A stretch of 64,000 nucleotides of DNA from Blastocatellia bacterium (GTDB taxonomy: Bacteria; Acidobacteriota; Blastocatellia; UBA7656), in NCBI GenBank assembly GCA_049273855.1, contig JBASRN010000270.1, positions 8,320-72,319 on the forward strand, written 5' to 3'. Positions 48,661 to 58,136 of this stretch are shown in pieces (position 1 is the first letter of the stretch; the number at the start of each line of letters is the position of its first letter). The translations under genes were made by a program, and so were the position numbers. Below the pieces are notes generated by a model. That model worked only from the letters and a program-made list of their open reading frames with translations. It made no database searches and was not told the origin of the DNA.

Positions 48661-49635
48661 TCAGAACAAAGAAGGCTGACTGACAGCCAGGCCCGATCGA
48701 CTCTTCATCCAACTCAGCAGGTCGTCGATGTCTTTCAGGTCAGACTCGGCAACCGGCGAGGCCCCTTTCCTGATCAACGCGTGGTTGCCGGCGGGCACTT
48801 CGTCGCCCATTCTCACAAACACCGGACACGAGCCGGACTTCAACGCCTCCGTAGCCCCCGCCCAGGTCCCGCCTTTCTCGACGTCGCTCGAAACCACTAC
48901 CGCGTAGTCCGCGAAACCGTAGATCAACTTGTTGCGACCCATCGCAGCGCCGATCGAAAACCCTGCCGAAGGTGAATAAGGAGTCACCAACGCCAGCTTC
49001 CTGTCGGAAAGCGCGTCGCGCAGGTTGGGCGCGCGAACCGCCCGCTCCAGGCTGTCGGCGAGCACCCCCAGCGACGTGCCGCCCGCGGAAAGCGACGCTC
49101 CCATCGCAATCGCGTCCGTGCCGCGAGCGCCGCCCGAGATAACCGTCACCGAAAGCCCGGCGCACTTCTGGCCGATTTCCTCGGCGAAACTCTTTCCGCG
49201 TTCGTCAACGCTTCGGGACCCCACAACCGCAACCCCGCCCTTGTTCAACAGTGCGAGTTTGCCGGCCGCGAACAAGACGGGCGGCGCCACATGCTTGAGC
49301 GACTCACGAAGCCGCGACGGATAGTCTTCATCGACGCAGGTCACCGGCGTTATGCCGAGACTCGTGAGTCGCTCGACTTCTATTGCAACCGACTCGCTGT
49401 CTTCGAGTAGATGGTGGATTCGCTCGGCGTCAACCGGCGGAATCTCGAGCTCGGCGGCTATCTCCGACGCCCCAAGTCCGAGCAACGCGCCTGCGGCACC
49501 TAGCGCGGACGAGCTGATCTTTCGCGACAGCTCATTCCATTCTCTGGCCGACAGAGGCCGCACGCCGTCAGCCGGATCTGAATCGCCAGCAGTTGAACAG
49601 AGCAGCAGCACCGCCTGACTATCATCGTTTAACAT
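48661..49635 (-). CDS. dprA: DNA processing protein DprA (Smf/DprA-SLOG Rossmann family)
   Basis: VAVVGSRSVDERG ... VISGGARGTDAIAMGASL ... LALVTPYSP ... FSIGAAMGRNKLI motifs of DprA. Start abuts the stop of the upstream RecQ fusion gene. Confidence 0.85.
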   Translation of the reverse strand: MLNDDSQAVLLLCSTAGDSDPADGVRPLSAREWNELSRKISSSALGAAGALLGLGASEIAAELEIPPVDAERIHHLLEDSESVAIEVERLTSLGITPVTCVDEDYPSRLRESLKHVAPPVLFAAGKLALLNKGGVAVVGSRSVDERGKSFAEEIGQKCAGLSVTVISGGARGTDAIAMGASLSAGGTSLGVLADSLERAVRAPNLRDALSDRKLALVTPYSPSAGFSIGAAMGRNKLIYGFADYAVVVSSDVEKGGTWAGATEALKSGSCPVFVRMGDEVPAGNHALIRKGASPVAESDLKDIDDLLSWMKSRSGLAVSQPSLF

Positions 49636-51738
49636 TCAACTGCTCCCAACAGTCGCGCTCGCCAGGGCGAACGGATAGACAGGGCCGCTTCCGTTCTTCC
49701 GCAGCAGCCACGACACCACGGTCAAGGTCCACCGCGAGTCCACCACGTCGTCGATCAACAGAACGGGGTCGTTCGGCACTTCGCCGACAACCTCGAAAGC
49801 ATCAATCACGTTCCGCAGTTGCTGCGCGCTGTTCTGCATACTCTTCTGCGCGGGTCGTTCAATTGTCTTTCGTAAGACGGGTATAAACGGCAAACCCAAC
49901 CTCTGGGCGAGACGCGCCGCGAAAGTATACACCAGCGTTGGATCACGCAACGAAGGCACGGCGGTGACCCACGCCGGGGGAGGGTCGGGTTGCCACCGCC
50001 GTTGAATCATCTCAGCCGAAGCGTCGGCGAGCGTGTCGCCGAACTGTCGGGTTTGATACTTGCAGCGGGCGACTTCTCGCCCCCAGCCGGCGTCGCCGTA
50101 GACGCTCAGCACGCGGCCGGCGCTCGCCCTCAGGTCTTCCGGTATGCGCCCCGACACAAGCGGCGATGCCCCGCTTTGCCATTGTTTTCTCGGCTCGATC
50201 ACCAGCGCCGCTCCACGAAGGTACGCGACTGCGCGTTGTTTGAGCCGCTCGTCCAGATCGCGTTTTGGAAGCTTGCCCGTGCAGTTCATACATCGTCCGC
50301 ACCTTGCCGCCGCGGGGTCGTCGAGCGCCTGCGCCAGAAACTCCATCAAGCAGCGGTCGAGCGCGACGTAGCGGCGCATCTCTTCCAGCTCGCGCAGTCT
50401 CAACGCGGTCACCGCTTCGGTGCGAGCCGTGTCGGGCTGCCAGTGGTTCGGTGTACGAGAGTAACGCCTTTTGTCTCGCGAAACCGCGCCGTCGAGTTCC
50501 AGCAGCTTCAGCGCTTTTTCGATCGTCCCAAACGAGTAGTTGAGCGCGTTCATGATCTCGAAGATGGTCAAGCCAACGGTCGGCTCGACCAGATCGATGA
50601 TCTCCTGCATAGCGCGTTCGGGTGGAAACGCGGACCGGATGAAGTACTCCTGTATCTCGTCGTCTTCGCGGCCGCTGAGCAGAATGCCAAACGCGCTGTC
50701 GACTGCGCGACCCGCGCGTCCGACCTGCTGATAGTACGCGATGACCGAGCCGGGCCGCTGGAAGTGTATGACGAACCCCAGGTCGGGTTTGTCGTAGCCC
50801 ATCCCGAGCGCGGTCGTCGCTACCAGACACTTGATCTGGTTTCCGAGCAAGGCTTGCTCTGCGCCGGTCCGCTCTTCCTCCGGAAGATCGGCGTAGTACG
50901 GGCGAGCTTCGATGCCGTTCTCACTCAGCCAGCTTGATACCCGTCGCACGTCGTTGACGGTCAGGCAGTAGACGATTCCGCTTCCTTCAAGGTTTGGCAG
51001 ATGTTGCGCGAGCCATGCGAGGCGTTCGCTCTGATCGGCGAGCTGGATGTTGAACAACCGCAGCGAAGGTCGCGTGAGCGCTCCACGCTGCACCTTGAGG
51101 TCCGAGCCGATCTGAGCGATTACATCATCGATGACCCGGGTGTTTGCGGTGGCTGTCGTGCACAGCACCGGCACTTTCGAAGGCAGCGCTTGAAGCACGC
51201 GCACGATTCGCCTGTAGTCGGGCCGGAAATCGTGACCCCAATCAGAGATGCAGTGCGCTTCGTCGACTACTAACAGGCCTACCCGCTCTCGAATTTTCGC
51301 AAGCACGTTGTTTAAGAAGCGCTCATTGTTGAGTCGCTCGGGCGCGATCAACAGGATGTCGCACTCGTCTTGCTGCAACTGCAATTCGACGCCGTCCCAC
51401 TCTTCGGTATTGTCGCTGTTGATCGTCGCCGGCCGGATGCCAAGGCCCCGAGCCATGTCCAGCTGATTGCGCATCAGCGCGCGTAGCGGGCTGACCAGAA
51501 GTGTGGGTCCCGCACCCGCGTCGCGCAGCAGCCTGGTTGACAAGAAATAGACGAGACTCTTTCCCCAACCTGTGCGCTGCACAACCAGGAGCCGTCCGCG
51601 ATTGACCGCGATCTCGCTAATGGCATCCCATTGACGTTCGCGGAACCGTGCATTCCTGCCATACATTTGTTTGAGTAGCGCCTCGGCTTTTGCCTGGTGA
51701 GGATCCGACATCGAAACCTCCGACGCGCCCGCAGGCAA
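49636..51738 (-). CDS. RecQ-family DNA helicase fused to C-terminal ComFC/GntX-like phosphoribosyltransferase (PRTase-fold) domain
   Basis: Helicase motifs (QRTGWGKSLVY, VVDEAHCISDWGHDFRP, RQC zinc motif RCGRCMNCTG). The final ~200 aa (...R..R...Q..L...RNVIDAF.V......PVLLIDDVVDSRWTLTVV...) match the ComFC-type PRTase signature. Confidence 0.85.
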   Translation of the reverse strand: MPAGASEVSMSDPHQAKAEALLKQMYGRNARFRERQWDAISEIAVNRGRLLVVQRTGWGKSLVYFLSTRLLRDAGAGPTLLVSPLRALMRNQLDMARGLGIRPATINSDNTEEWDGVELQLQQDECDILLIAPERLNNERFLNNVLAKIRERVGLLVVDEAHCISDWGHDFRPDYRRIVRVLQALPSKVPVLCTTATANTRVIDDVIAQIGSDLKVQRGALTRPSLRLFNIQLADQSERLAWLAQHLPNLEGSGIVYCLTVNDVRRVSSWLSENGIEARPYYADLPEEERTGAEQALLGNQIKCLVATTALGMGYDKPDLGFVIHFQRPGSVIAYYQQVGRAGRAVDSAFGILLSGREDDEIQEYFIRSAFPPERAMQEIIDLVEPTVGLTIFEIMNALNYSFGTIEKALKLLELDGAVSRDKRRYSRTPNHWQPDTARTEAVTALRLRELEEMRRYVALDRCLMEFLAQALDDPAAARCGRCMNCTGKLPKRDLDERLKQRAVAYLRGAALVIEPRKQWQSGASPLVSGRIPEDLRASAGRVLSVYGDAGWGREVARCKYQTRQFGDTLADASAEMIQRRWQPDPPPAWVTAVPSLRDPTLVYTFAARLAQRLGLPFIPVLRKTIERPAQKSMQNSAQQLRNVIDAFEVVGEVPNDPVLLIDDVVDSRWTLTVVSWLLRKNGSGPVYPFALASATVGSS

Positions 51739-52169
51739 GCTAACTACCAGACCGATGTAACAAAGTCAACGATGTGGGCAGGAGTTTAGTGGTGGAATAG
51801 CGTGTTGAGGCGGCGGATGCTGTCTTGCCACAAAGGCGCTAAGTCACAAAGCTACACAAAAACAGGCTTTGTGGGGGCTTTGTGTCCTGGTGTCGTAGTG
51901 GCGAGCATTCACGCGCAATTCCACCACGACGGGCAGGAGTCCTGGTGTCCTCACTTCATTTGTCTGCCGTCGCCGCCTGCTCCAAGACTCTCGCGGTGTG
52001 ACTTCGGCCCTGGGTTCACCGCTGCGCCGGGGAGGACGCAATGGTTACGCAGATAGAACATTCGAATTCGGACATCACCATCGGGAAATGGAATGGCCAA
52101 GAATCGACTGTCTCGAACTAATGGATGATCATCGGGAGCTTTCCGCGGCGTTCCTTCGAACAAAACTGC

Positions 52170-52598
52170 TTAGCCAGCGAGCTTCGCCTGCAGTCTTATC
52201 TCGGTTCCCGTCAATGCTCGCGAGACCGGGCAATTCTTCTTGGCCGCCTCGGCATGCTCCAGAAAAATCCTCTCGTCGATGCCGGGCACTTCAGCCGTCG
52301 TTTCAAGCTCGATCAACGTTATCGCAAAGCCTCCCTCGGCTTGCCCGAGATGGACCTTCGCCGTAGTGGCAATGCGCCTGGGAGATATGTGAGCCTTCGC
52401 TAGCCCCGCCGCAAGCGCCATCGAGAAGCACCCGGCATGAGCCGCGCCGATCAACTCTTCGGGATTGGTCCCCGCGCCATCTTCGAACCGCGAGGCGAAA
52501 GAGTATGGGCCTTCGAACGCTCCGCTCCCCAGTTTGACTGTGCCCTTGCCTTCTCTGAGGGTTCCTTCCCAGACGGCGCTGCCATTGCGTGTTGCCAT
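52170..52598 (-). CDS. OsmC/Ohr family peroxiredoxin-like protein
   Basis: ELIGAAHAGCFSMALA and C-terminal KNCPVSRAL cysteine motifs of OsmC. Start taken at MATRNG. Confidence 0.8.
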   Translation of the reverse strand: MATRNGSAVWEGTLREGKGTVKLGSGAFEGPYSFASRFEDGAGTNPEELIGAAHAGCFSMALAAGLAKAHISPRRIATTAKVHLGQAEGGFAITLIELETTAEVPGIDERIFLEHAEAAKKNCPVSRALTGTEIRLQAKLAG

Positions 52599-52805
52599 TA
52601 CTTGAGCCTCCCATGAAGAAGTTAGTGAACCCGCCTTCAGGCGGAGTTGTGACCGGCCCGCCAAAACAGCGGCCCGTTACAACTTCCGGCTGAAGGCGGT
52701 ACTACGAACATATATGTGCGGATGCTTGTTTTCAAACAATTGGCGGAAATGAACGCGCCCGTCGACTAAGCGAGTAGGGACGAAATTCAATCGGGAGGCA
52801 ACGAA

Positions 52806-53159
52806 ATGGAAGTCACTCTTTCGTGGTATCAGGTAGGGGATCTCGAGCGCGCGAAAAAGTTCTACAGCGAAGTGCTAGGGTTGAAAAAGACAATCGAGAT
52901 CCCGGGCTGGGTTGAGTTTAGTCACGCGGAGGGCGCCGCGTCGATCGGGCTGAATCAAATGCGTGAGAACGACGACGAGCGCGGGGCTACGGTTGTACTG
53001 CGGGTTGATGATCTGGCGCGCGCGCGGGAGGATTTGAAGAAGAAGGACGTCAAGTTCGAAGGCTCGGTCGAAGAGATCCCCGGCGTCGTTCGCATCGCTA
53101 CGTTTCGAGATCCGGACGGGAATCGATTGCAGTTGGTTCAAGTACTCGCAGTGCAGTAG
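52806..53159 (+). CDS. VOC family (glyoxalase/bleomycin-resistance fold) protein
   Basis: 117 aa, WYQVGDLERAKKFYSEVLGL ... TFRDPDGNRLQLVQ typical VOC. Confidence 0.8.
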   Translation: MEVTLSWYQVGDLERAKKFYSEVLGLKKTIEIPGWVEFSHAEGAASIGLNQMRENDDERGATVVLRVDDLARAREDLKKKDVKFEGSVEEIPGVVRIATFRDPDGNRLQLVQVLAVQ

Positions 53160-53203
53160 AGTGCTTTCGAAAGAGAGGGCACGATTCGAAATCACCGCGC
53201 GCC

Positions 53204-53761
53204 GTGACTGCGGCGGCGTTGTGCAAGGAGCCGACTGTGAGAAGACCTGCTGTCACCATAATGATGGTTTGGCTTAGCCTTCTTTACGCACCCGTAAACA
53301 CTGATGCACGCAATGCAACGATTCAGGAGGATGCAATCCTTACACGGCTTGCAGGAAGCTGGTCTGGCGAGGGTCAGCATTTGGGAAAGAAGGCGAACCA
53401 GCAACTGAAATGGGAGCGCGTACTGGAAGGCAAGTTTGCCCGCCTGAGTTTGCGGGTCGAGACGAAGTCGGCAGGGGGAGGCAACCAGATCTTCGAGGGG
53501 CATGCCTACTACCGCCAGACCGAAGCAGGTCACTACAAAGCGAATTGGTTTGACTCGCAGGGCAACGCTTTTCCGATCAATGCACAACAGGGAGGCGATA
53601 CGTTGACCGCACTGTGGGGCGAACCGGGAAAGGAAGAGGGGCGCTCCACCTATCGGCTGCTTGATGCGGGGAAAAAGCTGGAGGTGGTCGATGCCTTCCG
53701 CGCAAAGGACGGCTCGTGGAAAGAGTTCGGGCGATTCGTGCTGAGCCGCGCGGGAGATTGA
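53204..53761 (+). CDS. hypothetical secreted protein (beta-barrel/lipocalin-like, DUF-type)
   Basis: Hydrophobic N-terminus (likely true start MMVWLSLL at about 53261). No enzymatic motif recognised. Confidence 0.4.
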   Translation: MTAAALCKEPTVRRPAVTIMMVWLSLLYAPVNTDARNATIQEDAILTRLAGSWSGEGQHLGKKANQQLKWERVLEGKFARLSLRVETKSAGGGNQIFEGHAYYRQTEAGHYKANWFDSQGNAFPINAQQGGDTLTALWGEPGKEEGRSTYRLLDAGKKLEVVDAFRAKDGSWKEFGRFVLSRAGD

Positions 53762-53933
53762 GCGTTGTTCTTAGAACTTCAGCGTTACCTGGCGGATGCT
53801 GGAAACCCGGTTGCGCCACAAACTCTCGAAGACACGAAGCCACACCGAGTCACCCAACACTGGACTCTACGTGCTTCGTGCCGTTCGTGCTTTGGTGTCT
53901 TGGTCGCAAGAAAGCAGTTTTCCGGCAGCCTGC

Positions 53934-53965
53934 TAGGGGCGGCGGCGCTCCGTGGCCCCTTACAT
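53934..53965. repeat. REP-like GC-rich palindromic element (copy 1)
   Basis: TAGGGGCGGCGGCGCTCCGTGGCCCCTTACATG; related to the elements at 54535-54622. Confidence 0.45.
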
Positions 53966-53998
53966 GATGGGCTGGAATGATCGAGGAGGAAACGCGCG

Positions 53999-54529
53999 AT
54001 GCTGCTGATGACAAAAGGGGCTGCGAAGTTCATCGCCCTCATTCTGACGGCTGTTGCTGTCAGTGTTGCGAGCGGGGATCCGGTTCTTTCGCAATCAGCT
54101 TCAGTGGAAAAGGCCTCTCTGGCCGACCTGGCGTTCATCGCCGGCCAGTGGCGCGGCGAGCTGCAAGGTGGGATCACCGAAGAGAACTGGAGCTCGGCAG
54201 CCGGCGACAACATGATGGGCGTGTTCCGGTATGTAAAAGACGGAAAAGCGGTCTTCTACGAAATGCTGCTGATCGAGACGACGTCGAGCGGTCCGGTGCT
54301 GCGGTTGAAGCACTTTAATCCCGGTCTCAAAGGCTGGGAAGAGAAGGACGAGGTGCACAGCTACCCGCTGGTCGAGCTGGGAAGAAACCGGGCGGTGTTC
54401 GAACGACCGGACAAGCAGAGCCGGCTGATCTTTCATCGAACCTCCGAGGCGGAAATGTCGATATGGCTCGAACAAACCAGGAACGGTAAGCCGTCGGCCC
54501 AAGAGTTCAAATACCGGCTCGCGAGGTAG
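53999..54529 (+). CDS. hypothetical secreted protein (DUF-type, related in size to 53204-53761 product)
   Basis: Signal peptide (FIALILTAVAVSVASG). Flanked on both sides by REP-like palindromes. Confidence 0.45.
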   Translation: MLLMTKGAAKFIALILTAVAVSVASGDPVLSQSASVEKASLADLAFIAGQWRGELQGGITEENWSSAAGDNMMGVFRYVKDGKAVFYEMLLIETTSSGPVLRLKHFNPGLKGWEEKDEVHSYPLVELGRNRAVFERPDKQSRLIFHRTSEAEMSIWLEQTRNGKPSAQEFKYRLAR

Positions 54530-54534
54530 GTTAT

Positions 54535-54622
54535 GTAGGGGCGGCGCTCCGTGGCCGCCCCTCATTGGTGATGACCGTCAATCCGCGGCGAGGGGCGGCC
54601 ACGGAGGGCCTCCCCTACATGA
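54535..54622. repeat. pair of REP-like GC-rich palindromic elements in inverted orientation (BIME-like)
   Basis: GTAGGGGCGGCGCTCCGTGGCCGCCCCTCAT, then 18 bp, then GAGGGGCGGCCACGGAGGGCCTCCCCTACATG (reverse complement of a near-identical unit). Each unit is a 9-bp-stem hairpin. Confidence 0.5.
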
Positions 54623-54641
54623 CCCTGGAGTTGGAGAAGAT

Positions 54642-55478
54642 ATGCTGCCACAGATTTCAATCGAACACGAGATTACTCTTGTTGACCGCGCGCTCTCTGG
54701 AGACGAGCGAGCGTTCACCGATCTTGTCGAACCGCTTCGACGGCCGCTGTTTGCTTACGTCTACCGAATGGTCACTCACCGCGCGGACGCGGAAGATCTG
54801 ATGCAGGAGGTGTTGGTTCGCGTGCTTGAGAGCCTCCGGACGTATCGGGCGCAGGCGAGCTTCAAGACCTGGGTGTTCGGCATAGCGACTCACGCGTGTC
54901 TGGATCACTTGCGCTTGAAGAAGCGCTGGCGCGTCGAAGCTCAACTTGAGGGTGAGCGCGAGCACGACGCCAATCCCGAACAGGTGGAGGCCCTCCGGTC
55001 GCTGGTGAGTCAGGCCGATTTCGTGTACGAGGTTCGCGAGCACATCGCGTTTTGCTTTGCGTGCATAGGCCGGACTCTCGATCCGGAAGAACAAGCGGCG
55101 ATAATGCTCAAAGAAGTGATCGGGTTTACGGCTCAGGAAGCCGCCGCCGTCCTGGGAGTGTCCGAGCCGATCTTCCGGCATCGCTTGTCATCGGCTCGCT
55201 CGAAGATGATCGGCAGTTTCGATGGCTTGTGCCAGTTGATCAACAAGTCGGGCGCGTGCTGGCAGTGCACGGGACTACACGAGCACGTCCCTGAAGGTCA
55301 TCGCGGCACTCCTCTTGTGCAGATCGAACTCGCGCCTGGAATGGCGGTGACTCCCGAGAACTTGTTTGAAGCGCGGCTTGCGATCGTGCGTGGGGCGGAT
55401 CTGGAGGACGGCAAGACTCGCGCAATGCACGACTTGTTTTACGAAGGCATCTCGGAGCGCGAAGAGAAGAGGGAGTAA
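54642..55478 (+). CDS. ECF-type RNA polymerase sigma-70 factor with ~100-aa Cys-containing C-terminal extension
   Basis: Sigma-70 region 2 (DLMQEVLVRVL) and region 4 (TAQEAAAVLGVSEPIFRHRLSSARSKM), then an extension with CQLINKSGACWQC. No separate anti-sigma gene adjacent. Confidence 0.8.
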   Translation: MLPQISIEHEITLVDRALSGDERAFTDLVEPLRRPLFAYVYRMVTHRADAEDLMQEVLVRVLESLRTYRAQASFKTWVFGIATHACLDHLRLKKRWRVEAQLEGEREHDANPEQVEALRSLVSQADFVYEVREHIAFCFACIGRTLDPEEQAAIMLKEVIGFTAQEAAAVLGVSEPIFRHRLSSARSKMIGSFDGLCQLINKSGACWQCTGLHEHVPEGHRGTPLVQIELAPGMAVTPENLFEARLAIVRGADLEDGKTRAMHDLFYEGISEREEKRE

Positions 55479-55591
55479 GCAGGACTTAGGTTGCGACGTT
55501 GATCGAAGCAACAACAGATCAGCCGCCTTAGCGCCCTTCAAGCGTTTCATGTTTCGCCCGCAAAACGGCTTCGTGCAATAATCCTCGGGAG

Positions 55592-58117
55592 ATGTTCGCC
55601 GAAGTCGCCGTTCCCGTTCACGTCCGACAAAGCTTCACCTACAACTTGCCGGGCGATCTCGCCTCGCGAGCGGCGGTTGGCTCTCGAGTCACCGTTCCGT
55701 TTGGCCAGAAGACCCTCACCGGGTTCATCGTCGCGCTGCACGACCAACCTGCCGGTGAAGTCGCGGAGTCCGATATTAAAGACGTCGATCAGTTGATCGA
55801 CGAAGCCCCGGTCATCAGCAGCGAGATTCTGGAGTTGACCAGATGGGTATCCGACTACTACTTCGCGCCGTGGGGTGAGTGCATCCGTGCCGCGCTCCCG
55901 GCGGGCGCCGCCGTGGTCAGCGAGCGCATTCTGACCATCACCGAAGCCGGCCGCTCCGAGCTCGTTCACCTCGACCGCTCTTCTCCAAAGCGGTTAGCTC
56001 TCGAGCTTTTCTCGCAGTCGGACACCGTTACCGTCCGCCAGCTTGAACGGCAGTTCTCGAAGCCGCGCGCCCTGGCAATGATAAAGCAGCTCGAACGCGC
56101 GGGCTTGATTAAAACCTCGCAAAGAGTTGGCGAAACCCGCATGAGGCCCAAGCTCCAGAATGCGGTGCGGCTCACCGGTTCGGGGTTCGGAGTTCAGAGC
56201 TCAGAGTTAATCGAGGAGGGAACGATTGAAACTTCAAGCCACAAAGCTCGAACCCCGAACCCCGAACCCCGAACCCACAACGTTGTTAAGCCGCTCAACG
56301 ACAAACAGCAGCGAGTGATTGAACTAATAAGGCTTAAGGCTGAGCCTGTATCGCTTAGCGAGCTGCTGGATGAGGCCGGGGTCACGGCGTCAGTCGTACG
56401 CACGCTCGAGAAGCGCGGGGTTGTCGAAGTGTTCCCACGCGAGGTGCGTCGCGACCCGCTCGCACACATCGCGAGTCACCCGACGGAATCAATCAAGCTC
56501 AACGGCGAACAGCAAGCTGCGCTGGATCAGATAGTCTCGCAAATGGTTGAAGGCAAGTACGGAGCCTTCCTGCTGCACGGCGTGACCGGCAGCGGCAAGA
56601 CTGAAATCTATCTGCGCGCGATGCGCGAGGCGGTCACCGGCGGGCACGGCGCGTTGATGCTGGTGCCCGAGATTTCGCTCACGCCGGTTCTCTCTCGAAG
56701 GCTGCGCTCGAACTTCGGCGACTCCGTCGCGATCCTGCATTCGAGCTTGTCTGAAGGCGAGCGCACCGACGAGTGGCGACGCATCAAGCAAGGAGACGCC
56801 CGAGTGGTGATCGGCACTCGCTCAGCGGTCTTTGCGCCGGTCGAGAATCTTGGCCTGATCATCGTCGACGAAGAGCACGAGTCGTCCTACAAGCAGGACG
56901 ACTCGCCTCGTTATCACGGCCGCGATACGGCGATCATGCGGGCCGTCCAAGCCAACGCTGTTGCCGTGCTTGGCTCGGCTACGCCGTCCGTCGAGTCGTA
57001 TCACAACGCCCGCACTGGCAAGTACACCTACGTTCAACTCCAGGCGCGCTACGCCGATCGCGCGCTTGCCGCGGTTGAGATCGTGGATATGCGCGAGGTC
57101 TTCAAGCGTCACGGCAAGCAGCAAACCTTCTCGGACGAACTAAAGGCAGCGATAGGCGAAACGCACGCGCGCCGCGAGCAGTCGATGATCCTGCTCAACC
57201 GCAGAGGTTTCTCGGCGTTCGCGTTGTGCCGCTCGTGCGGGCTTGCCATTCACTGTCCCGATTGCGATGTGACGCTGACGTTCCATCGCTACAACGAAAG
57301 CCTTCAGTGTCACTACTGCGGTTATATTCGCCCGGCGCCGCGCGCGTGCCCTGCCTGCGAAGGACAGTACATTTATTACGTCGGCTACGGGACCGAACAG
57401 CTCGAGGCGAAGCTTCGCGAGATGTTCCCGGCGATGAACATCGCGCGGCTGGATCGAGACACGACGCGAAGACGCGGGAGCTTCGAGCAGATCATCATGG
57501 AGTTTGCCGCGGGCGGGATCGACTTGCTGGTAGGCACACAGATGATCGCCAAGGGTCACGACTTTCACAACGTCACGTTGGTTGGAGTCGTGTCAGTTGA
57601 CGCGGGGCTTGCGCTGCCCGACTTTCGCGCGGCGGAGCGGACCTTTCAGTTGCTAACCCAGGTCTCAGGCCGCGCCGGGCGCGGTGACCGGCCCGGCCGG
57701 GTGATCATCCAGACTTATCACCCGCAGCACTACTCGATAGTGTGCGCGCAGGAGCAGAACTACGAAGAATTCTACCGCCGCGAGTCGAACTTCCGTCGCT
57801 CTATGCATTATCCGCCGTTCAGCGCGCTGGTGAACGTGCTGGTTCACGACAAGGACCTTGAAAAGACAAACGTGACGGCGTCGCAGTTTGCTCGCGAGTT
57901 GCGCGACGCCGCAAGCGGAACAGGCTTGAGAGTGCTTGGACCCGCGCCGGCGCCGATCTCGCGAATCAAGGGCGAGCACCGGGTTCAAGTGTTGATCAAG
58001 GCGAGCACCCGGTCGCAGGCTCGTGAAGCTCTGGAGCGGGCGATGGATCGAACTCTTGCCGGCGGGGCAACCGCGCGATCGATCAACGTCGAAGTGGATC
58101 CGATGAACTTGATGTGA
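55592..58117 (+). CDS. priA: primosomal protein N' (PriA helicase)
   Basis: Walker [19 protein letters not shown] box [13 protein letters not shown], Cys4 zinc-binding cluster ([15 protein letters not shown]...CHYCGY...CPAC). 841 aa. Confidence 0.9.
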   Translation: MFAEVAVPVHVRQSFTYNLPGDLASRAAVGSRVTVPFGQKTLTGFIVALHDQPAGEVAESDIKDVDQLIDEAPVISSEILELTRWVSDYYFAPWGECIRAALPAGAAVVSERILTITEAGRSELVHLDRSSPKRLALELFSQSDTVTVRQLERQFSKPRALAMIKQLERAGLIKTSQRVGETRMRPKLQNAVRLTGSGFGVQSSELIEEGTIETSSHKARTPNPEPRTHNVVKPLNDKQQRVIELIRLKAEPVSLSELLDEAGVTASVVRTLEKRGVVEVFPREVRRDPLAHIASHPTESIKLNGEQQAALDQIVSQMVEGKYGAFLLHGVTGSGKTEIYLRAMREAVTGGHGALMLVPEISLTPVLSRRLRSNFGDSVAILHSSLSEGERTDEWRRIKQGDARVVIGTRSAVFAPVENLGLIIVDEEHESSYKQDDSPRYHGRDTAIMRAVQANAVAVLGSATPSVESYHNARTGKYTYVQLQARYADRALAAVEIVDMREVFKRHGKQQTFSDELKAAIGETHARREQSMILLNRRGFSAFALCRSCGLAIHCPDCDVTLTFHRYNESLQCHYCGYIRPAPRACPACEGQYIYYVGYGTEQLEAKLREMFPAMNIARLDRDTTRRRGSFEQIIMEFAAGGIDLLVGTQMIAKGHDFHNVTLVGVVSVDAGLALPDFRAAERTFQLLTQVSGRAGRGDRPGRVIIQTYHPQHYSIVCAQEQNYEEFYRRESNFRRSMHYPPFSALVNVLVHDKDLEKTNVTASQFARELRDAASGTGLRVLGPAPAPISRIKGEHRVQVLIKASTRSQAREALERAMDRTLAGGATARSINVEVDPMNLM

Positions 58118-58136
58118 TAGGGAAGCGCGCTTTCAA

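Noticed and set aside
49990-50937. 315-aa + ORF and 272-aa - ORF inside recQ
   Set aside because: Alternative-frame/antisense ORFs within the RecQ-PRTase CDS, which has unambiguous helicase motifs in its own frame.
56228-56285. CCCCGAA heptamer tandem repeat (x3)
   Set aside because: Lies inside priA coding sequence and encodes a short low-complexity TPNPEPRT linker; not an independent element.
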